Assembly (NCBI GenBank): GCA_037128235.1
Contig: JBAXWU010000001.1
Location: 1-56,805, forward strand
DNA: 56,805 nucleotides
Reading direction: 5' to 3'
From: Chitinophagia bacterium
Lineage (GTDB): Bacteria; Bacteroidota; Bacteroidia; Chitinophagales; Chitinophagaceae
The notes below the pieces were generated by a model. It was given only the letters and a program-made list of their open reading frames with translations, ran no database searches and had not been told where the DNA came from. The translations under genes were made by a program, and so were the position numbers. Shown one piece after another: positions 38,740-47,957 of the stretch (positions are counted from its first letter, which is position 1; each line of letters begins with the position of its first letter).

Positions 38740-39906
38740 ATGCAATATATCTTAGTAGATATCGCAGAAAGGGAACATTTTTATCCTTTTACGTTAACTC
38801 AATCCTTGGCAAATTGCAGGGTTGGTATTTTTACTTTTAAAGAAAGATGGGAGCAGTATACCCAAGAAACTTGTGGAGTTTATACAGCCCCTTATTTACA
38901 AGCCTTGTATGAGGATAGTGAATTTCTTAGTTCTACCGAATCTCTATATTTTATTAATGTGGCCTGCATACCATCTGAAGATTTGTTGAAAGCTATAAAT
39001 AAACTAAATGAAGGTGAGAAGTTGATGACTGCAGGCGGAAAATGGATTGCCACTAAAACCAAGGAAAGACAAATTTCCAAAATTCTGCTAGCTGAAAAGC
39101 CACCCCTTGTTTTTGAAGAGGTTTTCCTAATTATAAATCAATTACAGCTACTATCTAGCCATACTAAACTCATAGAAAGAGATTTTAAATGGGTAAGTAA
39201 TCAAAGAAAATCAGAGCCTATTGACCCTTCCAATAATGTCATTAACAAAGACCAAATTTTTATAGAAAAGGGAGCCACCGTTTTGTGTTCTAATTTAAAT
39301 GCAAGTGAAGGCTTTATATATATTGGTAATGAATCAGTTATAATGGAAGGTACATCAATAAGAGGGTCCTTTGTTTTAGGTAAAAAGGGGGTGGTTAAAA
39401 TGAATACTAGCATTTATGGTTCTACCACCATTGGCCCCTATTGTTTAGCAGGAGGTGAGATTAAAAATTCTATATTAATGGGCTATTCCAATAAAGGTCA
39501 TGAGGGCTATTTAGGCGATAGTATTGTTGGTCATTGGTGCAATTTAGGGGCAGGCACTTGCAATAGCAACATTAAAAATACAGCTGGGGAAATACAGATG
39601 TGGAATGAATTTAAGGGGGAATGGGAGAATGTTGGCCAAAAAATGGGTATGCTGGTAGGTGATTATAGCCGTTTTGCTATTCAATCTAGTATAAATACAG
39701 GTTCATATATTGGCGTTAGTGCCAATATCTTTGGAAATGGCCTACTTCCCAAACATATACCCAATTTCACTTGGGGTATTATTCCAGGCTACCAATTGGA
39801 TAAAGCCCTAGAAGATATCGAAAATTGGAAAAAATTAAAGGGATTTTCCATTACAGAGGCTGAAAAGCAGATTTTGAAGCATTTATATCAAGTAAATCAT
39901 CACTAA
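38740..39906 (+). CDS. GlmU-family putative sugar nucleotidyltransferase / hexapeptide-repeat acyltransferase
   Basis: YPFTLT...RVGIFT..E.W N-terminus; left-handed beta-helix with SNKGHEGYLGDS and WCNLGAGT. Confidence 0.8.
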   Translation: MQYILVDIAEREHFYPFTLTQSLANCRVGIFTFKERWEQYTQETCGVYTAPYLQALYEDSEFLSSTESLYFINVACIPSEDLLKAINKLNEGEKLMTAGGKWIATKTKERQISKILLAEKPPLVFEEVFLIINQLQLLSSHTKLIERDFKWVSNQRKSEPIDPSNNVINKDQIFIEKGATVLCSNLNASEGFIYIGNESVIMEGTSIRGSFVLGKKGVVKMNTSIYGSTTIGPYCLAGGEIKNSILMGYSNKGHEGYLGDSIVGHWCNLGAGTCNSNIKNTAGEIQMWNEFKGEWENVGQKMGMLVGDYSRFAIQSSINTGSYIGVSANIFGNGLLPKHIPNFTWGIIPGYQLDKALEDIENWKKLKGFSITEAEKQILKHLYQVNHH

Positions 39907-39971
39907 TTAAGGTTTGAATTTAATACCTTTGCAGCGCTCAACAATAGCCCACTAAACTTCCTATCCTTATT

Positions 39972-40733
39972 ATGCGTAAACAAATAGCGGCCGCCAATTG
40001 GAAAATGAATTTATCTCTTGCGCAAGCAGAGTCTTTATTAAATGAATTAGTAACTAGTTCATATTCATTAGGCGCTCATCAAGAAGCTATTTTTGCAGTA
40101 CCAGCTATTTATATTCCTTTAGCTATAGAAAAGTTAACCAATAAGCCCAATGTATTTGTTGCTGCTCAAAATTGCCATCAAAAAGAAGCGGGTGCATACA
40201 CAGGAGAAGTTTCAGCTTCCATGTTAGAGTCAATAGGGGTGAAGCATATTATTGTAGGCCATTCTGAGCGTCGTGAATATTTTGCTGAATCTGACGCCTT
40301 ATTAGCAGAAAAAGTAAATGCTATTTTAGCTATTGGTAGTACACCCATATTTTGTTGCGGAGAACCCTTAGCTATTAGAGAGGCAGCAACACAAAATACT
40401 TATGTAGAAGCGCAATTAAAAAATTCTTTATTTCATTTATCAGCTGAGGCTATTGTAAAAGTGGTCATTGCCTATGAACCTATTTGGGCCATTGGTACAG
40501 GTAAAACTGCATCAAGTTCACAGGCGCAAGATATACATGCTTATATTAGATCTTGTTTTGCTAGTAAATATGGTGAAGCAGTATCCAATGAAATTTCTAT
40601 TTTATATGGAGGAAGTGTAAAAGCTTCTAATGCTAAAGAAATATTCTCTCAACCTGATGTAGATGGAGGACTAGTAGGTGGTGCTTCTTTAGTTGCTACT
40701 GAATTTACAGCCATCATAAACGCACTCTCTTAA
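39972..40733 (+). CDS. tpiA: Triose-phosphate isomerase
   Basis: ANWKMN, GHSERR, AYEPIWAIGTG, YGGSV. TACCTTTG at 39924-39931. Confidence 0.97.
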   Translation: MRKQIAAANWKMNLSLAQAESLLNELVTSSYSLGAHQEAIFAVPAIYIPLAIEKLTNKPNVFVAAQNCHQKEAGAYTGEVSASMLESIGVKHIIVGHSERREYFAESDALLAEKVNAILAIGSTPIFCCGEPLAIREAATQNTYVEAQLKNSLFHLSAEAIVKVVIAYEPIWAIGTGKTASSSQAQDIHAYIRSCFASKYGEAVSNEISILYGGSVKASNAKEIFSQPDVDGGLVGGASLVATEFTAIINALS

Positions 40734-40754
40734 TTAAAAGCAAGTCTCAACTTC

Positions 40755-42539
40755 ATGAAGAATATTAGAAATTTTTGTATCATCGCTCACATTGACCACG
40801 GTAAAAGTACCTTGGCGGATCGTTTATTAGAACATACTAAAACGATTACCGAGCGTGAAATGATGAACCAGGTTTTAGATGATATGGATTTAGAGCGTGA
40901 GAAAGGTATTACTATTAAGAGTCATGCTATTCAAATTAATTATGTACACAATGGCGTTACTTATACTTATAATTTAATTGACACACCCGGTCACGTTGAC
41001 TTTAGTTATGAAGTAAGTAGAGCCTTGGCCGCTTGTGAAGGTGCATTATTATTAGTAGATGCTTCACAAGGTATACAAGCACAAACTATTAGCAATTTAT
41101 ATTTAGCATTGGAAAATAATTTAGAAATTATTCCTGTCATTAATAAAATTGATATGGATGGGGCTAAAATTCCAGAAGTAACCGATCAAATTATTGAATT
41201 AATAGGTTGTAAGCAAGAAGATATTTTACTCGCCAGTGGACGTTCTGGTATTGGTATTGAAGAAATACTTCAAGCTATTGCAGAACGTATTCCAGCTCCA
41301 GTGGGAGATCCGGAAGCGCCATTACAAGCATTGATATTTGATAGTGTATTCAATAGTTTTCGTGGTATTATTGTTTACTACAGAATTATGAATGGGGTAT
41401 TAAAGAAAAATGATAAAATTCGTTTTGTAGCTTCTGGTAGAGATTATAATGCAGATGAAGTGGGGGTTTTAAAATTAGCCATGACACCGAAGGCAGAAGT
41501 GAGAGCAGGTGATGTAGGTTATATTATTACAGGTATTAAAGTAGCTAAAGAAGTAAAAGTTGGAGATACTATTACACTTGCCAATAACCCAGGAGAGATG
41601 ATTAATGGTTTCGAAGAAGTAAAACCCATGGTATTTGCAGGAATATATCCGGTGAACACTGATGAGTTTGAAGAGCTTAGAGATTGTATGGAAAAATTAC
41701 AATTAAACGACGCTTCTTTAACTTTTGAATTAGAAACTTCTCAGGCCTTAGGTTTTGGATTTCGATGCGGATTTCTAGGATTACTGCATATGGAAATTAT
41801 CCAAGAACGACTTGAAAGAGAGTTTAATCAAACCGTAATTACTACGGTTCCCAACGTAAGTTTTATAGCCTATACCACTAGAGGTGAAAAAATAATCGTG
41901 AACAACCCTTCTGAAATGCCCGATCCTGTAAAAATTGAGCATATTGAAGAACCTTATATTCGCGCGCAAATTATTACCTCACCTGACTATATTGGAAATA
42001 TTATTACACTTTGTTTAAGTAAGAGAGGCATTTTATTGAATCAAAGTTATTTAACCCCAACCAGGGTAGAATTAATTTTTGAAATGCCAATGACGGAAAT
42101 TGTATTTGATTTTTATGATAAATTAAAAAGTCAAACTAGAGGCTACGCATCTTTTGACTATTCACAAATTGGATTTAGAGACGCTGATATTGTGAAAATG
42201 GATATTTTATTAAACGCAGAGAAGGTAGATGCTTTAAGTGCTTTAATTCATAGAGGCAAGGCCTCTGATTTTGGTCGTAGACTTTGTGAGAAATTAAAAG
42301 AGCTATTAACCAAACAACAATTCCAAATTGCTATACAAGCGGCCATTGGGGCTAAAGTCGTGGCTAGAGAAAATATATCGGCCATGCGTAAGGATGTAAC
42401 TGCTAAATGTTATGGTGGTGATATTAGCCGTAAGCGAAAATTATTAGAGAAGCAAAAAGAAGGTAAAAAGAGAATGCGTCAGATAGGTAATGTGGAAATT
42501 CCACAAGAAGCTTTCTTAGCGGTACTTAAATTAGACTAG
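40755..42539 (+). CDS. lepA: Translation elongation factor 4
   Basis: [49 protein letters not shown]. Confidence 0.97.
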   Translation: MKNIRNFCIIAHIDHGKSTLADRLLEHTKTITEREMMNQVLDDMDLEREKGITIKSHAIQINYVHNGVTYTYNLIDTPGHVDFSYEVSRALAACEGALLLVDASQGIQAQTISNLYLALENNLEIIPVINKIDMDGAKIPEVTDQIIELIGCKQEDILLASGRSGIGIEEILQAIAERIPAPVGDPEAPLQALIFDSVFNSFRGIIVYYRIMNGVLKKNDKIRFVASGRDYNADEVGVLKLAMTPKAEVRAGDVGYIITGIKVAKEVKVGDTITLANNPGEMINGFEEVKPMVFAGIYPVNTDEFEELRDCMEKLQLNDASLTFELETSQALGFGFRCGFLGLLHMEIIQERLEREFNQTVITTVPNVSFIAYTTRGEKIIVNNPSEMPDPVKIEHIEEPYIRAQIITSPDYIGNIITLCLSKRGILLNQSYLTPTRVELIFEMPMTEIVFDFYDKLKSQTRGYASFDYSQIGFRDADIVKMDILLNAEKVDALSALIHRGKASDFGRRLCEKLKELLTKQQFQIAIQAAIGAKVVARENISAMRKDVTAKCYGGDISRKRKLLEKQKEGKKRMRQIGNVEIPQEAFLAVLKLD

Positions 42540-42541
42540 AA

Positions 42542-43090
42542 TTACAAAGCTTTCGCAAATTCCAATAAATGATTGAATCTGTAATCAATTAAAGCATTAG
42601 GAAAGGCTGTTTCAGGATGTGTAGTAGCTAAAAATACAGTGTGCAGTCCTGCATTTCTTCCAAATTCCATATCGCTGGTTCTATTGCCCACCATAATTGA
42701 CTTTGTAAAATCAATACTAGGGAATTTCTCCTTCGCTTGTAATGCCATACCAGGCTGTGGTTTTCTATTAATAGAGTCGTTGTCTAAATCGGTACAGTAA
42801 AATATATGATCAATTCTGCCACCCATCTTATTAATATCCGTCACCATATTTTGGTGAATAGTGGTTAAATCATCTTCTGTCATAATTCCTCTACCTACAC
42901 CTTTTTGGTTGGTGGTTATAACAATGGTTGAAAATTTTTGTGCTAAAAGGGGCAGGGCCTTTATACTTTCATCGTAAAACTCAAATTCGGCCCAAGTTGT
43001 AACATAGTCATTATTTCTTTCAAAATTAATGACCCCATCTCTATCTAAAAATAAAGTCCAGCTATTGTCGATGGTATTAAAATTAAACAT
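42542..43090 (-). CDS. gmhB: HAD-IIIA D-glycero-manno-heptose 1,7-bisphosphate phosphatase-like protein
   Basis: LFLDRDGVIN, TNQKG, RKPQPGM. Adjacent to gmhA. Confidence 0.75.
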   Translation of the reverse strand: MFNFNTIDNSWTLFLDRDGVINFERNNDYVTTWAEFEFYDESIKALPLLAQKFSTIVITTNQKGVGRGIMTEDDLTTIHQNMVTDINKMGGRIDHIFYCTDLDNDSINRKPQPGMALQAKEKFPSIDFTKSIMVGNRTSDMEFGRNAGLHTVFLATTHPETAFPNALIDYRFNHLLEFAKAL

Positions 43091-43125
43091 GTATTGAATT
43101 TATCTATCTTTTTAATTATATAAAT

Positions 43126-43189
43126 TTATAATTATTTAAACTTATAGCCATTTAGAATTATGACTATTTAGAATTATAATTATTTTTTC
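43126..43189. repeat. Degenerate tandem array, four copies of a 16-bp unit
   Basis: TTATAATTATTTAAAC TTATAGCCATTTAGAA TTATGACTATTTAGAA TTATAATTATTTTTTC. Confidence 0.6.
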
Positions 43190-43202
43190 TATACCATTAG
43201 AA

Positions 43203-43778
43203 TTATCCGAAAATATTTTTCTCGACTAGTTCACAAATAATATGGCCTAGTAAAATATGACTTTCTTGTATACGAGGGGTATCGGTAGAAGGAACATTAA
43301 TTAAATAATCGCTTAAGTCTCTCATTTTACCACCATCCGTACCCGTAAAACCAACAGTGACTACTTTTAATTCTTTAGATTTTTCAAAGGCCTTCACAAT
43401 ATTGCCTGAATTACCAGAGGTACTTAAACCAACCAATACATCACCTGGTTTTGCTAATCCTTCAATGAGTCTTGAATAGATTACATCATAACTATAGTCG
43501 TTGGCAACTGCCGTTAAATAAGAAGTATTGCAATGAAGGGCTTCAGAAGGCAAGGCTTTGCGGTCTTTGTAGAAACGACCCGAAAATTCGGCAGCTAAAT
43601 GTTGTGCATCTGCGGCGCTACCTCCATTACCTGCAAAATAAACACTATTGCCATTTTGAAAGGCATGGGTAATAACTGTAATTACTTTTTCAAGAGTAGC
43701 AGCTAATTCACCTTTTTCTATAATGTCTTGCTTCACTTGAATAGAAGCATTAATGATACTGTTAATTTTTGTTTGCAT
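43203..43778 (-). CDS. gmhA: D-sedoheptulose 7-phosphate isomerase
   Basis: GNGGSAADAQH, ANDY, STSGNS, TPRIQESH. Confidence 0.92.
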   Translation of the reverse strand: MQTKINSIINASIQVKQDIIEKGELAATLEKVITVITHAFQNGNSVYFAGNGGSAADAQHLAAEFSGRFYKDRKALPSEALHCNTSYLTAVANDYSYDVIYSRLIEGLAKPGDVLVGLSTSGNSGNIVKAFEKSKELKVVTVGFTGTDGGKMRDLSDYLINVPSTDTPRIQESHILLGHIICELVEKNIFG

Positions 43779-43800
43779 ATAGTTAATTCTACTGTATTTA

Positions 43801-43865
43801 TTAATCTAATATCTTAATTTAATATCTTAATCTAATTTTTTAATCCAATACGCTAGTCCAATAAT
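43801..43865. repeat. Degenerate tandem array, five copies of a 13-bp unit
   Basis: TTAATCTAATATC TTAATTTAATATC TTAATCTAATTTT TTAATCCAATACG CTAGTCCAATAAT. Confidence 0.75.
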
Positions 43866-43877
43866 TTAATGTGCTGC

Positions 43878-45002
43878 CTAATTATTTTCCAAAATAGCAG
43901 TCGTTAATTTATCCCAGCTAAATTTCTTTTTCTCTTCACAAAGATGGTTTAAAAAATGGGTTTCTCCTAATTCGTATAGTTGCATTATACCTGCTGCAAT
44001 GGAGTCTGCATTGGGTTCAGTAACAACACCTACTTTCAAATGGGGAACTAAATTTGCAAGCCCTCCCACATTGGTTACTAGCATGGGCTTTTCAAAATGA
44101 TAGGCCAGTGGCGTAACACCACTTTGTGTAGCATTTTTATAAGGCTGAATTACAAAATCGGCAGCGCCTAAATAATATTTAACTTCACTATTGTCAATAA
44201 ATTCAGTCCTTAGGTATAATGAATGAGCAAGATTATTTTTTTCAATAATAGATTCGTACTGCTCTTTATTATCATAAAATTCACCTGCTATTAATAACTT
44301 AATATTAGCTTCTTTGATGCGGGCGTCGTTCATGGCCTCTAATAATAAGTCTAAGCCTTTATATTTTCGAATAAAGCCAAAAAATAAAATAATTTTTTCA
44401 TGCTCAGGTAAGCCTAAATGCTTGCGCGCCTCTTCTTTAGAAACAATATCTCCAAAATTATCATAAATAGGGTGCACTATATTAAGGGAAGGTTTTTGGG
44501 TAAAGGTTTTTAAGTCCTGGTTTACCTTTTCACTCATAGTAACAAAGCGGTGAATAGAGGAAAAAAAATATTTTGTCAACAATGCATCGCCCATTCTTTT
44601 CTCATGAGGTATGACATTATCGGCTATGCAAATAATTTGAGTGAATTTATTGAGGTTCACTATTCGAAGTATTGTCCCTAAGCAAGGCCCAAAAAAAGGC
44701 ATCCAAAAACGAACAACAATAAAATCGGGTTTTATATTTCTAAGTTCATTACCCAGTTTCAACCAATTCAAGGGATTAATAGAATTAATACATGCTTTAA
44801 TTTTTAAATGAGTGGGAGCGGGCTCTTTAGATAACTGCGTAGAACCTGGAAATAAGAAACTAGGGTATTGTAAAGAGAAAGTGTAAATACTCGTATCAAA
44901 ACCTTCCTCCATAAATTGTTTGGCTAATCGCTCATTAAATGTGGCTAATCCTCCTGCTCTAAGTGGCCAAGCAGATCCTATAATAATCACTTTCTTATTC
45001 AT
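43878..45002 (-). CDS. GT4 glycosyltransferase
   Basis: LFFGFIRKYKGLD, PYKNATQSGV, TNVGGL. Confidence 0.88.
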   Translation of the reverse strand: MNKKVIIIGSAWPLRAGGLATFNERLAKQFMEEGFDTSIYTFSLQYPSFLFPGSTQLSKEPAPTHLKIKACINSINPLNWLKLGNELRNIKPDFIVVRFWMPFFGPCLGTILRIVNLNKFTQIICIADNVIPHEKRMGDALLTKYFFSSIHRFVTMSEKVNQDLKTFTQKPSLNIVHPIYDNFGDIVSKEEARKHLGLPEHEKIILFFGFIRKYKGLDLLLEAMNDARIKEANIKLLIAGEFYDNKEQYESIIEKNNLAHSLYLRTEFIDNSEVKYYLGAADFVIQPYKNATQSGVTPLAYHFEKPMLVTNVGGLANLVPHLKVGVVTEPNADSIAAGIMQLYELGETHFLNHLCEEKKKFSWDKLTTAILENN

Positions 45003-45018
45003 TTGAAAAGATTATTAA

Positions 45019-45966
45019 TTAGCTATTGAAACCCAGTTTATCTTCAATTAAATAGGTATTTCTATCAACCGCACTGCGATTCACTAATTCTGCAATGAAA
45101 CCAGCTAAAAATAATTGAACACCTATAATCATAGAAACTAAGGCAATATAAAATGCAGGCTTGTTGGTCACTGAAAAATCGGGGTTCATAAATTTATCAA
45201 AAACAATATTGCCAAAAGAAATTAAACCGATTAAGAAAAATAAACTGCCTAATAATCCAAAAAATTGCATGGGCTTTTTACCAAACTTCGATAAAAACTG
45301 AATGGTCATTAAGTCTAAAAAACCATTTACAAAACGCTCCCAACCAAATTTAGTTGTACCGTATTTTCTAGCCTGGTGTACCACTACTTTTTCCCCAATC
45401 TTAGAAAATCCAGCCCATTTAGCTAAAATAGGAATATAGCGGTGCATCTCCCCAAATACTTCAATACTTTTTATCACTTTTAATTGATAGGCCTTAATAC
45501 CGCAATTAAAATCGTGTAAGATAATACCAGAACTTCTTCTTGCTACCGCATTATAAATTTTTGAAGGAATATTCTTAGTGAAAGTATTATCATATCTTTT
45601 TTTCTTCCATCCACTTACTAAATGATAACCCTCTTTGGTAATCATGTCATAAAATTCAGGAATTTCATCGGGTGAATCTTGTAAGTCGGCGTCCATGGTT
45701 ACTACAATATCGCCTTGGGCCATTTTAAAACCTTCATTCAATGCGGCAGACTTTCCGTAATTGCGTTGGAATTTAATGCCTTTTAAAGAAGGGTAGGTAG
45801 TTCTCAGTGTTTCAATGGTTTGCCAGCTATTATCTTTACTGCCATCGTCCACCATAATGACTTCGTAGGAATAGTTATTAGCTTGCATCACACGATCAAT
45901 CCATTGCATTAGTTCAGGCAATGATTCGGCTTCGTTAAATAAAGGTATTACTACAGAAATTTGCAT
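45019..45966 (-). CDS. GT2 glycosyltransferase (ArnC/GtrB-like) with two C-terminal TM helices
   Basis: IPLFNE, DDGSKD, RNYGKS, MDADLQD, HDFNCG. Confidence 0.88.
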   Translation of the reverse strand: MQISVVIPLFNEAESLPELMQWIDRVMQANNYSYEVIMVDDGSKDNSWQTIETLRTTYPSLKGIKFQRNYGKSAALNEGFKMAQGDIVVTMDADLQDSPDEIPEFYDMITKEGYHLVSGWKKKRYDNTFTKNIPSKIYNAVARRSSGIILHDFNCGIKAYQLKVIKSIEVFGEMHRYIPILAKWAGFSKIGEKVVVHQARKYGTTKFGWERFVNGFLDLMTIQFLSKFGKKPMQFFGLLGSLFFLIGLISFGNIVFDKFMNPDFSVTNKPAFYIALVSMIIGVQLFLAGFIAELVNRSAVDRNTYLIEDKLGFNS

Positions 45967-45975
45967 AAATAATTA

Positions 45976-46497
45976 TTAAGAAGCAGGATTAGAGAAAGGA
46001 TCAATAGGATTCTTTTTAGCAACCCCTGCTCCAATTAAGGAGGCAATAGCCCCTGTAAAACCAGTACCTAATATAGTACCTCCAATAGCAAAGGGTACAA
46101 AGAATTTTTTAGTCATGCTCATGGCTTGCTCAATCATTTCATCGGTCATTTTAGGATTTTCTAACATTTTCTTTCTTGAAATCTCTAAAATAATATCAAT
46201 CATGTCTGGAAATAATACTTTGAAAGCAAGCACTGTATAAGCGGTAGTAATAACAATAATAACAGCTGTAGTTTTAAAACCATGTGCAAATAAATTACCA
46301 AAAGTTACATTATTACCATTTTGATTAGCATACAATATATTACCATAAATTAAACCTCCCATAATAAGAGCCGTGTTCACCCAGCTTAACCAACTGTATT
46401 CAAATAAATTAAATACATACATAACTACACTAAATACAATAGAGATAGCACTTAATATTAAACCCTTCACAATATGCGTAGTAATTTTAGTTTCCAT
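45976..46497 (-). CDS. DUF4199 family membrane protein
   Basis: Four TM helices with FGNLFAHGFK and a soluble insert; adjacent to GT2. Confidence 0.75.
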   Translation of the reverse strand: METKITTHIVKGLILSAISIVFSVVMYVFNLFEYSWLSWVNTALIMGGLIYGNILYANQNGNNVTFGNLFAHGFKTTAVIIVITTAYTVLAFKVLFPDMIDIILEISRKKMLENPKMTDEMIEQAMSMTKKFFVPFAIGGTILGTGFTGAIASLIGAGVAKKNPIDPFSNPAS

Positions 46498-46512
46498 AAT
46501 TTTTTATTTATT

Positions 46513-46603
46513 AGCGTAATTGATTATAGTAATTATTTAGAGTAATATTTTAGAGTAATATTTTAGAGTAATATTTTAGAGTAATCATTTAAAGTAATTA
46601 TTT
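46513..46603. repeat. Tandem array, seven copies of a 13-bp unit (core AGAGTAATATTTT)
   Basis: Three perfect central copies at 46539-46577, with degenerate copies on both sides. Confidence 0.92.
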
Positions 46604-47867
46604 ATTTATTTATTGATAAATTCCCTTTTACATAGGTTCCAAGTACTTTACCTTTTAAGGCTATATCCCAGAAAGGAGAGTTGCCAGACTTACTTTTCGA
46701 ATGAGTTTTCGATAAGTTGGTTGTTTCTTGCATATTAAATAGGGTTAATTCAGCTTCTGCGCCTTCTTCAATAGATGCTGAAGAAAGTCCGAAGATATTT
46801 CTTGCATTACTTGAAAATAATTCCGATAATCTTGCTTCAGAAAGTGAAGGTATAGTTTGCTTCACTGCAGCAAAACTTGTTTCAATAGAAGCTATACCTG
46901 CTTTCGCATTTTCAAACTCGATCGTTTTACCATCCCAGTCCTGCGGCATATGATGTGAACTAATACAATCTACTGTGCCGTTTTCAACTGCACTTATTAA
47001 AGCTTTTTGATCTTCTTTAGTTCTAAGTGGTGGAAATACTTTTAATAAAGTATCGTAGTCTTTTAAATCTTCTTCCGTAAAGAATAAATGATAAGGCGTT
47101 ACGCTACAAGTAATTTGAAGTCCTTCTTTTTTAGCAGCTGTTATTAAAGCCATTCCTTTAGCAGTGCTTACACCCGTGATATGTAATTTTGAGCCAGTAT
47201 ATTTTAGTAATTCTATATCTCTATGAATAATTAATTCTTCTGCGATGGCGGGGATACCCGGTAGTCCAAGTCTTGTAGATAAAATGCCCTCGTTCATTAA
47301 TCCTAAACTTCCTAAGCTTTTATCGATAGGCATTTGAATGACCACCCCCTCAAAGGCTTTTACATATTGCAACCCTTTTAAAAATAATAGGGTAGACTGA
47401 ACAGGGTATAATCCATCACTGAAAGCAACTGCTCCATTAGAGTGCATGTCAATCATTTCTGCTAAATCCTTGCCTTCTAATTTTTTAGAAAGGGCGCCAA
47501 TGGGTAAAATATGAATGGGTAATTCTTGACTATGTTGTTTGATATAAGTTACTTGAGACTTGGTATCAATAACGGGTTGAGTATTAGGTATAACAAATAC
47601 AGTGGTAAAACCTCCTTGCCGAGCTGCTTGAGCGCCAGAATCTAAAGTTTCTCTATGTTCCATTCCTGGATCACAGAAATGAACAAAGGGGTCTACAAAG
47701 CCGGGGCTTACAAAAGCATTCTTTAATTCAATGGTTTGATCTGATTCACCTTTGTATTTATCTGAAATGGAGATGATTTGATGATCTTGGAGTAGAATGT
47801 CTTTAACCAAGCCATTAAAAGGCGACTTTGTATCTGCAATTTTGACTTGTCGTAGAAGAATTGTCAT
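46602..47867 (-). CDS. pyrC: Dihydroorotase
   Basis: Amidohydrolase fold: PGFVDPFVHFCDPG, GGFT, PNTQP, PPLRT. First metal His and the terminal Asp look substituted (DPFVH, SSHHMP). Confidence 0.8.
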   Translation of the reverse strand: MTILLRQVKIADTKSPFNGLVKDILLQDHQIISISDKYKGESDQTIELKNAFVSPGFVDPFVHFCDPGMEHRETLDSGAQAARQGGFTTVFVIPNTQPVIDTKSQVTYIKQHSQELPIHILPIGALSKKLEGKDLAEMIDMHSNGAVAFSDGLYPVQSTLLFLKGLQYVKAFEGVVIQMPIDKSLGSLGLMNEGILSTRLGLPGIPAIAEELIIHRDIELLKYTGSKLHITGVSTAKGMALITAAKKEGLQITCSVTPYHLFFTEEDLKDYDTLLKVFPPLRTKEDQKALISAVENGTVDCISSHHMPQDWDGKTIEFENAKAGIASIETSFAAVKQTIPSLSEARLSELFSSNARNIFGLSSASIEEGAEAELTLFNMQETTNLSKTHSKSKSGNSPFWDIALKGKVLGTYVKGNLSINK

Positions 47868-47957
47868 CGTGCCTTTATAATTTTAATGCAATATACCCCG
47901 ATTTTTCTATTTAGGCTTAAAATTGCCCCCCAAATCCTGTTATTTTAGGCTCAAAAT

